Source of the DNA: Mytilus californianus
Lineage: Eukaryota
DNA: 64,000 nucleotides
NCBI RefSeq assembly: GCF_021869535.1
Contig: NW_026262675.1
Span: 1,302,001 to 1,366,000, forward strand
Reading direction: 5' to 3'
Shown here in pieces: positions 11,201 to 23,344 of the stretch. A program made the translations under genes and the position numbers. The notes below the pieces were generated by a model that ran no database searches, had not been told where the DNA came from, and saw nothing but the letters and a program-made list of their open reading frames with translations. Each line of letters starts with the position of its first letter. The first letter of the stretch is position 1.

Positions 11201-14200
11201 TATGATAGTAGCATGATAATAACACCTTTTCACATACTAGCCATCGATATTGGGCTGATTAAAGTATGATGTCCGCCATTTTGGATTTTACCGGAAGTGA
11301 GACATTTTTTTCAAATGCCTCCCTATCTGATATAAAAGAGTAATAGTTGAGGAAGGTCTATGCGAAATTTCATGCTTGTAGCAGGATGTGCACAATTCGT
11401 CTGAAATATGCTTGTAGCCGCTGCACTAATCTGTTTACTTCTTACCATCAACGTCAACCTCATTAACCATATCTTCTAACTCCTGATTCGTTGGGTTTTG
11501 ACCTAATGACCTCATAATTGTTCCAAGTTCTTTTGTTGTTATGGTACCATCGCCATCCTTATCAAACATTTTAAATGCTTCGCGATATTCTGCAAAAATA
11601 AATTATCAATCTTTTAATAATACAAAGATTTTGCTATTTTTAGGTGAAATATGGTAAAATAAATTAGCATGTTGATATAATGACAGCCGTACTGCGAAAT
11701 ACTAAGATACTTCCTTATAACGAGAGTCAGTGCTTTTACTTCTGTGTCATTTTTTTCTTATGCTCAGATGTCTACATATATAAACTTAAGAAACAAATTT
11801 AATCTTGAAGCAACAGTCATAACGACGAATAAAGAAAAAAATGTTGTATGCTCATATTGCAGGAATATTAAATATAAATTATATTTTTTGTTGGTATTAG
11901 TTGGTGATGTTTGACTCAATTCCAGTTTTTTTTTCGATCGGTTAGCCGAAATATAAGTACATTATTTAGTTGAGATGAACTGTGCATCGTTGCTTATTCT
12001 ACTGCAGAAAAAGAAAACTACACAAAGAACATCTGCTTTAGGTGTATATATTTTTACATTGGTAACGCTTTTATTTTTAAGATAACTGTTTTATATGTAT
12101 ATATAGTGCACCAGACGTCAATGCTCAATATTTCTACAGTCAAGACGTATTAATTCTTGAGATAACTTTTCATGTATACTTATTCATTTTCCCCTTTTTC
12201 CCCGTTTGTTTATCGAATGGAATTTGCAATACAGCCAACATGACTTATCTGCCTTATTCAGTATGCATTACTTCCTTCCAAGTTATCCAACATATATTAT
12301 GATTGGCCCTGAGGTAGTCCAAATGTTTGGATTGTTTCTGTTTATATTTTATAAGATTTATAAGATTTATGACAGTTTTTTTCCCAGCAACTGTGGTCTT
12401 CAATGCACGGTTGCAATAAAGTTCCACTCAAACTGGTGTTAGGGTCGTCTTGAACACGCATTCATATGTGAGCCCTGGTTCCATGTTAAAAGCCTCATTG
12501 TGACTTTGAAACTTTTGCAATAAAAGCGTTGTTAGTTTTGCTTTACGTTTAGGAAAGTGCGTGTTATGATTGTTTTTTTCAAGAATAAAACACAGTGTCA
12601 GTACTATTCACTTTTGTCGCTTACCTTGAATTTGTTCTGGCGTCAAGTTCTCAACCTGAAAAAAAGGAAAAAGTTCTTCATGCTGTTTAAATGCAATATA
12701 AGTTGAAGAGTCAGAAAACTGTACAAAACTGCAGAAAACGTTTATTGCACATTTTAGATATAATTTACCGAAATTTTAGATATACTCAATGACCTACCTT
12801 TTTCTTTATGAGTGACATATTTATTTTCATTAACTCTATTTTCCCACCAAACTTTAACCAGCATGCTCCCTTTAACTGTTCGTGTATCGATACAATGTAC
12901 CATAAACTTACTTTTCAAAAAAGCAATTGCTTTTAATCATCCAAGAGTCCTTGATGTACATATCACGTTCAGGTATTCGATATCAAATGAAATAAATGTG
13001 AATAATAATTAGTTATTAACACTTAGCGTGCTGATAGTCATTTGTCGATCTACTGTAAACTTAATTGATGTGTCGTGTTTGGTATTTACTTATAATCGAC
13101 CCAGCATCATCTCTTAGTTAAAAACCATATCGGTGTAACATCCATGTTCTAACATTAAGCCTGATCATTGAAATTTCACACACTGTATTGATCAAGCTTG
13201 TTCTTGCTTGATTTATACTTTATATGGATAAGTAACCGGTGTGTGAAAAGGTTAAAAGCATCAAAGTTTATAGTATTCGGTCATTTAAAAAGTGAAATTT
13301 GTATTTAATGAATAGTGTGTTTAAGTGTCTCTCTTTTATTGTTTTATTACAATCAATATTTGAAAGTTGAACAAAAAGAATAAATTAGTTTGAAATACCA
13401 GACTACTTTCGTCCTTGACAGTATATTCCTTCTGCATGACTGAACGAGTCCTTTTTGCTGACTTGATATTTAAAAAAAAACCTAGGGTTTAGTTTTCTTA
13501 AATCTAACTAAGGATTTTATTAACTTCTCAATCAAAGTTTTATTGGGCTGTTTCTCTTGGATTTGTTATGCAAATATTTGACAAACTGAACATTTATACA
13601 TATAATTTAATATTTATTGTGTTAATATAACTGGAGGCTCTAAAGAGCCTGTGTCGCTCACCTGGGTCTATGAACATCTTCAACAATGTACTCTCTCCAA
13701 CATTGTGGACTTGAAGAGAATTCATGACAAAAATCTTTTTTTTTTGTTGATCTTGTATTGCTGAAATTTTTTTCTGTTAACTGTAAACCAACAATTTCGA
13801 CAAAAATTTTACTAATTTGTAGATCTTGTCTTGGCTAGTTGCTCACACCTTTGTCATTTAGTCTTTAATGGCTGGTATTCTCAAAGGCAATCAAACCACG
13901 TCACCTTATTTTTAGCAAGTTGCTGTTCATTTTTGCTATTTTAAGTGTCCATCTATCTTTTATTTTTGAAGATAGTAGTCAAAAATGTAAAATATTGGTA
14001 AAAATCGGCATTTAAGAACAAGTACTCCTACAAGGAGTCGACTGATGATTTCGGCTATTTAACTTTTTTGAAGATCAAGTCTTGCTGATCATTTTTGCTA
14101 ATTTAAGTTTCTATCTATCTATAATAGTTTTTCCGATATTAGGCAAAAACGCAAAAATTTTAGGCCAGGTGATCTAAAAATAAGGAGACGTGGTTTGATT

Positions 14201-17200
14201 GCCTTTGAGAATACCAGCCATTAAAGACTAAATGACAAAGGTGTGAGCAACTACAAGTCATCGTACGGCCGTACCCCTGAATGAGAAAAAACTCGTACCG
14301 TATAGCTAGTTACAAAAGGCCTCGGCATGGACAAAATTGAGAAAATTCAAAAGGGAAAACCAACAACCGTTTTATACTACAACAATAAGCAAAAACAACT
14401 ACAACCGACGACAACCACTTGATTACAGACTCCTTGGTTTAAAAAGGCACACACAGAATGTGGCGGGTTTCAAAAATCAACCCCTTAAAAACAAGAAAAA
14501 AAAACTGGGACAGAAATGTAAAATGCAACATTAGAATAAAGTGTAAAAATTGGTTGAAAAGGGCTTGATTCATCAGATCGACACTAAGCACAAAAACAAT
14601 AACAGAAAAGTCAAAAGACACAAAGTATCGATCTAAAATTACTTAAAGTTATACTGAAAGCTATAATTGCAAAGCCCTATTTCAACTAATAAATAAACCA
14701 TGTTATCCAAGACTAAAATATCAATCAGTACACCGCCAACAGATTTAGTGTAAAGACGCCATAAGCAGTCAGAGAAAACTATAACTTTATATAATGTCAA
14801 AATATCGACAAGATGTAGGACTATAAGTTTCAATAACTGGATAGCAGGTTATTTTTTTACGAAACCCATTTATGAAATTTCACATCAAGAATTTGAAAAT
14901 GTTAATATTTTTAAAAAGCAAAAATTTCGTATTTTAAGATATTGTTTATTTTATATATAATTAAACGGTGCAGAAAGTATAAAGATTGTTAAACCCATAA
15001 TGCCAAATTTCAGACTTATTCTTTTCGATCATGTTCACGTTTACTGTGCAGCGTTGCGGCGCTTTGTAAGGTTGCCTATATTAAAACATTGATTTGATAG
15101 ACTGTATTTGAGATCTTCACATGTACTAAGTTCCAACAAAAGATTTAAATGGACAAATAAAATACATGTTACAATAAAATCATATTGACCTCTTGTGTAC
15201 AAGATTAAATATCAAATGATTGATTAACATTAGCATAAACACTTTAAAGGTTTTGAAGTACCTATATTATTATGGAAACTATGTACTGATTGTTAAATCA
15301 AAATATTTTTCATATGTATACAAAATCTCAAGCACTACATATAAATTTTCCTTCATCTAAATTATATGTACTTTGCTGTATATTTGATTTAATCAACAAA
15401 ATTGAAGGGTCCATACATGAAGAACATATGCAATTGTAATAAATTTGGTTTGAATACGACACGAAAGGAAAAAACATACGCCGACTATTATTAACCTTTT
15501 AATATATCATGATTATGGTCAATCTTTTCAGTTTTGTAATTATGCAAACATAATTCACATGTGTATAACGATCAAAAGATTAAGTATGGCATACTCCCAA
15601 TGAGACCAGCAACCAAGGATAAATATATAGATCGTCAGATGCTTATACAATATGTCAGGCTCAAAATCGCCCAAATTCCTGACAAGTTGTGAAAAAAGTG
15701 TATCACAGACAACTAAAGATCTGTCAACAACACCAAATGCATGAAAGGACGGATAACATACAGATATAGTTGACGAGGACTGGTAAATATTACAGAATTT
15801 CAAAGTGGTTGGGTTAACTGTTGTTTTAATTAACACTGAACCTTTCCCTTTATTATTATCCTCCCCTATATGTTGACCCTCTCTTTATTTACACCATCAG
15901 TGAAATAACAGAAGGTACACTGGTACACGGAAGAACATCAATTATAAATTCAGTTAAAAACACATAACTTTATAATTTCGAATAAAAGAACACAATTATA
16001 CTTAGGTACTCAATCTGCATATACAAAAATCATACTTTGTTACACTCAATATCAGCCGTATGTGTAATCATTTCAGAGAAATTTAGTTGCGAGTACATGT
16101 CTTGCAGCAACGTAATAAATCCTACCGAAAACAGACATAAGTTTATGTACAGAATTTGAACAGAAAACAAATGAAACTTCAAACTTATAATTATCAAACC
16201 AAAATTAATCTTATCCTTGCTCTCTGTAAAATGCATAATACTTGCATTAGAGAAGTGAATGGAAAACAAATACGAAATCGTTCACATATGCATTTTCGAA
16301 TAAATACACAACGACACCTGTTGTTATCTCAAAATTATATCCATTCCTAGTATGCCCTAAACTTCCAACCTGATAGATTCCCATACATAAAAACATATTA
16401 TATGTATGGTTGTAATAGTATCCACTTCAAATAAAGTGTGCCACATGTGGAGCAGGATCTGCTTACCCTTCTGGAGCACCTGAGATCACTATGTTGTGGT
16501 ATTTTGTGTACTGTTTGTTTGTCTTTTCGTCGTTTTTCGTTTTTTGCCATGGCATTGTCAGTTTGTTTTCGACTTATGACTTTGAATATCCCTTTGGTAT
16601 CTTTCGCCTCTCTTTAACAAAAAAAAAAAGTAATTAATTCTTCAAAATGACACAAAAGTTGCATCGTCTTTAGATGTTGATAATTCTGTGAGCCAATAGA
16701 ACTTCTTATATTATTTTTTTTTCTGATAAATGAATTCATTCGCTTTCTTTGTTAAGCGTTCAACAATTGTCATGGTTTGTACACGACTATTAGTGAACTA
16801 TGTAGTGTTTGTGTGTACTATTATTTGTCTGTTTGTCGTTATTCGTTTTGGTCATGGTCATTTAATTAGACTTATGGTTTTTGATAGCCCATTACTCTCT
16901 CTTTTTCAAAATTTTTACGTTCTTGAAATGCGAAAAAAAACCTGACAAACTGTACAAGCTATTTCCAGAACATGACAAAAGACCACCCGTGTACAAAAAG
17001 AGACAGAAATCTTAAAATTTGTACTTTAAAAACTTTGTGTTCTAGTAAGACTATGTATAGGGGCATGGAATACTTACCTGTAATCTAGATCGTACCATAA
17101 GGTATACTATCTGAATTGTATAGGACATTATTATGTATGATGACATCAATATTATCTTTATCAAAATCTGAGTATAAGACAATGATCAATAAATAATTGT

Positions 17201-19500
17201 GCAACTTTATTTGGTCGGGATTAAATGAATAAGATGTACGATATATTTTGTATAAAAGACAAATGTCAAGGCCCACTAGGTGCGATAAGGGCATTAATGA
17301 AACGTTCCTGGTATTCGTAAATAAAGATCACATGCGGGTACCAACTAGATAATTTAGAATTTAGAAATAACATCTATATTTCTGTAAAACATTCCGGTTT
17401 TTTGGGGGGAGGGAAGGGTCGCACAAATTTCATTTATTTATTTTTTCCAATACAGGGTTTACATTCTTATAACCTTCAAGATATAAATATTTTTCTTAAA
17501 GAACACATCTTTGCCAGTCGTCACTCCGTTCTTTTTCCCACAACCCTTTACAAATATCTTTAAGGTCGACACCATGTTTTGTCTTTTAGTTTTCATTGTT
17601 TATGATGCGCAAAATTCCGTTTGTTTTAGGGCAACAAGGATTATAAGTATACCTCAACCTTTATAAAGGTTAATCTGCAATATCAAGTCAGACGTTTTTG
17701 ATTTATACATATTGACATGGTCTTAACGTACAGAAAATGAAAGCTAAACTAAAGATAGTTTGAAGGTTTTCTGTGAGATGGGTGTTTCAAAAAAAATAAA
17801 CAGAAAACGTTTTATCACTCACATAGCAAAAATGCGCCCTTGATAATGATTGCCAGAAAAAAGAGAAAATGAAAATGTCATTTCTATTTAAGCAAAAATT
17901 CGCACCTCCTCCCTTTCCACCTCTACACCCATAACAGACTTGATTTAGTAAGTCCGGAGGAAGGAGGGGAATCTTCGACTCTAACCTGCGATTAGGTAGT
18001 GTGTTGGCAACCAAAATTGAGGCTAATATATACAGTGTATAGAAAAAAAATCATTATATAATTGCATAAAAATGATTTCTTTTAACAATAATGAGTTCCT
18101 TTCTTCGTATTTGGTAAAGATATATGAATGCCAAACAACAATAAAATCTGCGACCTTCTTTTTCACTGATATTAGGTCTTTTGATAGTCACTGTTCAAAA
18201 TTTTTACTATTAGTGTAAACAGGTTAATCAAGATCTGAACATATTTTCATAGATCAGGTGCGAATCCAGGATTTTGATAAAGATGGGGTTCCCTGGCAAG
18301 CCAACGTTTGGAGTGATACTTGTAAAAAGTCTATGCATTTATCATATATGTAGCTCCATAAGGGGAGCCGGACCCACTCCCCTAAATCCGCCTCTGTAGA
18401 TGCATATACTTTTCTATTGTTGAATACGTATGATGCTCTATAGATGTTCTTTTTTCTTCTTTTATAATATTGCTCGGTTTCAGTCTCATTGATGTATACT
18501 CTAATAAAACCTCTTATTTGTATGTTTTATTTCAATCGTGAACCTTGTAAAAAGAAAATACATATATATACACCACTGGCTGTATTTTAAGTGTATTTGA
18601 CATTCGGATTTGAGTAAATATTTGGCTTATATTTTTGTATGTTTGAACACTTATTAAAATCAAAATTTTGTATCAACATTACTGAATTTATAATGAATTT
18701 TACTCGTTTTTTAACAGAATTTTCCAGATGTTGGCTTTTTAATATAAATTTCTATAACAGTTTCAAACTAAATCTTGAGAAAATCTACAAGTATGATAAT
18801 ACATAAAAAATATTGGACAGGGCAACAGACCACAGCAACCGCCAACCTCTTAATTCTCCGAATAAAATAAACAACGTACAAAGACAAACAATAATCATTG
18901 ATTGTTGGTTACTTAACGTCCAGTGGCAAATAATTCATGCATGCTCGGGACGAGTAAAACAAACAATGAACACCACATGGTACAATTTAAGGCATATACC
19001 GTAAAAGCAAAATACACAATTTGCTCTATGAAGGCCCTAGAATGTTTTCCCGACGCTTAAGGTGAATGCGCGTATATTTTTCAAATTATAATGTATTTAT
19101 TTTTTATATAACTTTATAAATGTTCATAACCATACATTGGTATTTATAAAAATTATAATATACATATTGAACATGTGCACCGCATATAGTTTTGAAAAAT
19201 AATATACATCTGCGTTTACTCTTGTTTGAAATCATGATTGTTTGCAGCTAATTTCACCGTTGGTCATAGCTTTGCCGAAACGTGTGTTCTAACCTCTGAT
19301 ATTTCGACATGAAGAGTCGTTTGTTAAGTGTCATTCAGTGTCATATGTAATGACCTTAGGAAATTAATAATTATAATTGTAGATATTTAATCATTACAGA
19401 AATTTCGATAGCAACAGTAGTTCGGTCTACTGTCGTAAATATGTGAGTAAAAAATTGCTGAACATAAAATAAATATGAACACATTAAGTGTACCTACCAT
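2261..19500 (-). CDS. Calmodulin-like gene A (152 aa, four canonical EF-hands), spliced
   Basis: Exons 19498-19500 (ATG, tentative), 12625-12655 (31 nt), 11446-11589 (144 nt), 5711-5953 (243 nt), 2261-2298. All junctions are GT-AG and phases are consistent. Product: [152 protein letters not shown]. The 31- and 144-nt exons match the canonical calmodulin exon sizes. Confidence 0.9.
3620..3672 (-). ncRNA. Degenerate minimal type I hammerhead ribozyme relic
   Basis: Minus strand gagcgttc-CTGATTA-TGGtgaatCCA-ataaaatcgcttt-ggacgc: stem I gcgttc/ggacgc and stem II TGG/CCA are retained, core is mutated. A related relic lies at about 46425-46460. Confidence 0.4.
3675..4997 (+). repeat. 66-bp minisatellite, about 20 copies, in intron 4 of gene A
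   Basis: Unit start at 3681, 3747 ... 4935 (period 66); the + frame is open as ([22 protein letters not shown])n. Confidence 0.95.
5711..5953 (-). CDS. CaM-like gene A exon 4 (EF2 loop to EF4)
   Basis: Acceptor ttttcag, [10 protein letters not shown]...[12 protein letters not shown]...[11 protein letters not shown], donor gtaaaa. Confidence 0.95.
7859..11428. mobile_element. Non-autonomous Academ (AcademX-type) DNA transposon made of two inverted 3' halves
   Basis: TAG...CTA termini, 3-bp TSD ATC (7856-7858 and 11429-11431), about 780 bp high-identity inverted ends. Degenerate XPG/FEN-like motifs ([29 protein letters not shown]) and a Cys-rich [12 protein letters not shown]...CTALCAC...C segment at 10536-10626. 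Confidence 0.8.
11446..11589 (-). CDS. CaM-like gene A exon 3 (EF1)
   Basis: Acceptor ttttgcag, [33 protein letters not shown]...VDVDG, donor gtaaga, 144 nt. Confidence 0.95.
12625..12655 (-). CDS. CaM-like gene A exon 2 ([11 protein letters not shown])
   Basis: Acceptor tttcag, donor gtaagc, 31 nt, homologous to CaM ADQLTEEQIAE. Confidence 0.88.
13628..14180 (-). mobile_element. Helentron/HINE-type interspersed element
   Basis: Stem-loop ggctctaaagagcc next to subterminal repeat gctcacctgg, with inverted partner ccaggtgatct near 14165 and a T-rich end. Confidence 0.55.
16435..16617 (+). repeat. 3'-tail-like interspersed repeat (tggagcaggatctgcttaccc...ggtatctttcgcctc)
   Basis: Its last ~50 bp recur after the RT fragment at about 33055-33105 and at about 22495-22545. 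Confidence 0.45.
18255..18396. mobile_element. Short MITE with CAG...CTG ends and 5-bp TSD (TAGAT)
   Basis: caggtgcgaatcc...aatccgcctctg flanked by tagat at 18250-18254 and 18397-18401. Confidence 0.65.
19498..19500 (-). CDS. Candidate ATG-only first coding exon of gene A
   Basis: aaaATG|gtaggt; an ATG-only first coding exon is typical of calmodulin genes. An alternative candidate lies at 17078-17098/17110. Confidence 0.5.
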
Positions 19501-20056
19501 TTTGATGTCTCTTGTGGTCCTCTAGTTAATGAAAGTTGTTGAATCAGTTCATCAGAATATGTAATGCAGCAGTTTTATTTATGAACTCATTCATGATATC
19601 ATCTTCTTATGATAGTTCTATAGGAACAAATAGAATTTAATAGTGTCCGAATGTATATTACACTAATAACAGTTATGAAAAAATGGTATACTATTTTTAA
19701 TTAATACATTATGATTTAAACAAACAGGTAGATTTGATATTTGATGAACGTCAAATTAAGGTACTTCCAGGGGTCAAAGGTCTGTTGTATTATGTTATTA
19801 TATGTTTCGGTCATTTAATATGATTTGTTACATACTACAGTTAGATCACGTGACAATACAGCGCTAAATACAACCCGTTTAAATGTTATGTGAATAACGA
19901 AAGAGAAAGAAAAAACAAACATATTTACATTTTTTTATGATGCTGTTGTGCGTTTTCTATATAGGGCTACAATGAACAGTGACTGAAAAGTCACAGTAAC
20001 ATTTTTAATAGCTTGTCTTCTGTAATGTCAATCTATTTATCCAATGCAGGAATCTG

Positions 20057-20857
20057 GGGCCAGTTTCACAAAGCTGTCTTAGGACTAAGATATGTCTTAG
20101 GATGGTCTTACGACATATCTTAGTCCTAAGTGGGTTTCACAAAGTGGTCCTAATTTAGGACATCTCTTAAAGTTGGTCATAAAGTTAGGACTACACGAGA
20201 GGTGTCTTATGATGGTCTTCTTCTTCCAAATACTGCCCACATTCAACATGATGAATATTCTGGCAAGTTATGTTATTATTATTATTTGATTATCTAATCT
20301 CCTTGTTCTACTCGAAACAAAATCTTTATAGGTTGGGGGATTATCAACAATGATTTATCAACAATGAACATTCGATTTATTTATATCAAAAATGCACGAT
20401 TTTATCCTTTAACCTTTTTATAACCGATACAGTGAAAACTTGAATTCAACTCACTTGTACAAAATCAAATAATCATCAGCTTATTGTTTTTTTTTCTCAA
20501 ATTTTTATTTGAATTTTTATATGCATATTGGTGTATTATTAATAGATTATTTATATAAATTAAACTAATGCTTTATATTAATTTTACGAAATATCTAATT
20601 CTGGAATATTAATCAATACGTTAAGTAATTTATTGGAAGCACATAATACATTTACATGAATTTTTCCATGAATCCATGTTAATATTTAAAAATTTAAAGA
20701 ACTTGCGACAGGTTTAGGATATCTTAGCTAAGATCATCCTAAGACAGCTTCGAGGCGTGGTCTGAGATATGTCCTAGGATAGTCATAAGAGGATCATAAG
20801 ACATGTCCTAAGATATATCTTATGACAGGTCTTAGGATAGCTTCGTGAAATCGGCCC
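20057..20857. mobile_element. PIF/Harbinger-like non-autonomous element
   Basis: TIR gggccagtttcacaaagctgtc / gatagcttcgtgaaatcggccc; 3-bp TSD CTG at 20054-20056 and 20858-20860; subterminal cttagga-type repeats. Confidence 0.75.
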
Positions 20858-21354
20858 CTGGTCAGTGATTTCCGCTGTGTATTTGTATTTTTGTCTGTTT
20901 TAACGTTCGATACTTATTTCAGATCTTTTTACTGTTGGGTCCATTCACATTTCATTTGAATTATATTTGTTGACGATTATATGCACGAGCTTACTTATCT
21001 GTCCTGTTGTAAAAATGCGTGAAACTGTAAATTTTATTTATTTTCCTCTTTTTATGTCATATTTGGTATCAAAAGTCCTTACTTTTCATGAGTAATGCGT
21101 TTGATATTTTTATTAACAAAGAAGTGCATTTTGTTCGAGAAATCCGAGTTTTAAACTCTTTTTTCAAAATTAGTTGGATTAGAGACAATTTTAGTTGTGT
21201 GAGCGTTACTATGAAATATTTATGGAACAAGATTAAGATTATGTCGTGAGAATACCTTTTGACAACAACGATAATAAATTTTATTCACTTTAATATCAAC
21301 ATAGAAAATGTTCATAAGGTGAAAAATGTCAATTAACCCTTAATTTAATCTGCT

Positions 21355-21670
21355 TTCGGAGGGTATCACCAGCCCAGAAGTCAGCACTTCTGTGTTGACA
21401 TGAACTATCAATGACATAATCATTATTATAGAATAACTGTTTGTAAAACATTGAATTTTTCGAAATACTAAGGATTTTCTACCCTAGGAGTAGATTACCT
21501 TGCTGTATTTGACAAAACCTTTCGGATTTTTGGGTCTTCAATGCATGCTCTTCAACTTCGTACTTTATTTGGCCTTTTAACTTTTTTTCGAGTATCACTG
21601 ATGAGTCTTTTTTAGACGAAACGCCATTTTGGCGTACAAAATTTTAATCCTGATATCTATGATGAGTTTA
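21355..21670 (+). mobile_element. PLE/retrozyme-like repeat carrying a degenerate hammerhead (core at about 21591-21636)
   Basis: tatca-CTGATGA-GTCT ttttt AGAC-GAAA-cgccattttggcg: intact CUGAUGA and GAAA boxes and stem II. Confidence 0.55.
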
Positions 21671-22654
21671 TTTATTCGATATAATTCATTGTTTGGAAAC
21701 AACTTATTTATTTTCCCCCTTTTCTTTTTTCATTGGTTAAAACGTTTCTAGGGTCTGATGTTTTAAAAGGGTTAGTTTTGAGAGAAAAAGAGAGGAAACC
21801 AATCAACGCACCTGTTCGCCCCGTACTCGATCTACGAGTAGCGGCGTACGTTAAATGTACGTTGCAATGATAACTGTTCTGTAAATACGTTTTGTGCACT
21901 GAATGTATATATGTTTGATGGGAAAATAAAGAATGCAAACGTCATGTATTCAGTCTTCTTCCCGGTGTCCTTAATGAAGCAAAACTGAAGAGTCTTTTTT
22001 TTTTATTTTCTTTTCGGTAAATAAAAAGTCTTTTCATAAGGTATGATCTTAAATTGCGTTTCGTGTAGTTCTGGTTTTGTTGTCTGTGATACTGACATTA
22101 TTGAAACATTCAGGTTTTCTGTGTTACAGTAAATTCGCCTTTTTTTTTCCTTTTTTTTTTTCTTAATTTTTCTGATTTAGACAATAGAGAGAATTAAGAT
22201 CATATGTCGGGCGAGGTGTTATGTGTTTCTGCGGATTGCTACCTCGTTGTTAGAATGTCGATTTAAGTTCTAAGTAAATCTCATATTTACATAATTAAAA
22301 TGCAATCCATTCTGCAAAACTTTGAACATTCGTATATACTCTCTCTATTTTGTTTACTCTTTTTTATTCTATTGTTTATGACTGAAGTACCATTATATTG
22401 TTCAAAATTTGTGTAGGCTTAAACTAGAAAGTCATAATTTTCTGGATTAGTGATTGTCTTTTCGTCTTTTTTCTATTTTGGCTATGGTCTATTCCGTCTG
22501 TCTTCGACTTGTGGTTTTTGATTGCTCTTGGTATCTTTAAACTATTTCTAAACTAGGTATTGACTCCATTTAATTAATTCTGTTATAACGTCGCTTGAAA
22601 AAAAAACAAGACATAAAATTCATTTTAAACATGCTGTTGATTGATTGGTTGTTG

Positions 22655-22801
22655 GTTGCTTAACGTCCAGTGGCAAATATTTCATGCATGTTCAGGACAT
22701 CCTATTGAGTTAATTCGACAATGTGATTGTTGATTGCTTAACGTCCAGTGGCATATAATTCATGCTTGTTCAGGACATCCTGTTGAGTTAATTCGACAAT
22801 G
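22655..22801 (+). repeat. Two-copy tandem duplication of a SINE-like segment (ttgcttaacgtccagtggc...ttcgacaatg)
   Basis: Direct repeat visible; the same motif occurs at about 18905-18950 and 60355-60385. Confidence 0.65.
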
Positions 22802-23309
22802 GAGACGAAGTACTGCGCTGTAACATGAATTTATTGAAAAGTCACTATGCAGTCATATCTCTCCAAACATAGTGAAAATATAAAGCTATTTTGACAATAC
22901 ACAGATTAAAACGAGATCTCGAATTTAACAGAAACCACTTTTGTACAACACAATTATACCACTTTAAAATAAAGGAAAAATTCTATTTTTGTTTCTTCTT
23001 TTTTTTTTTGGGGGGGGGGGGGGTGTTATTGTGTAGTTTGGTTGCTGTCTCGTAGATTAATTCATAAATAAAAGTTCCTAAAATACAATTTGCTGTTCTA
23101 TAATTTCAGTATAGAAAAGACGATTTTATTTGATCAAGTTTAGAATAGAATGTGTGAGATTGCTGTTTCCTTTCTGTCAGATATTAATGCTGATAATTTG
23201 TCTCTTCTGACATAATAGTCGTATAAATTTGCTTTCTTGCAGTTTTTGCTGTATAGATCAGACCACAAAACGAGTTAATTGCAAGCAGTCAGTATTTTGT
23301 CATCGCCAA

Positions 23310-23344
23310 TTAAGATGCAGAATTCTTTATCATTGTCTCAAATT
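23310..23344 (-). CDS. Gene B terminal exon ([11 protein letters not shown])
   Basis: Acceptor ttcatttcag, phase 1, TAA stop. Confidence 0.82.
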
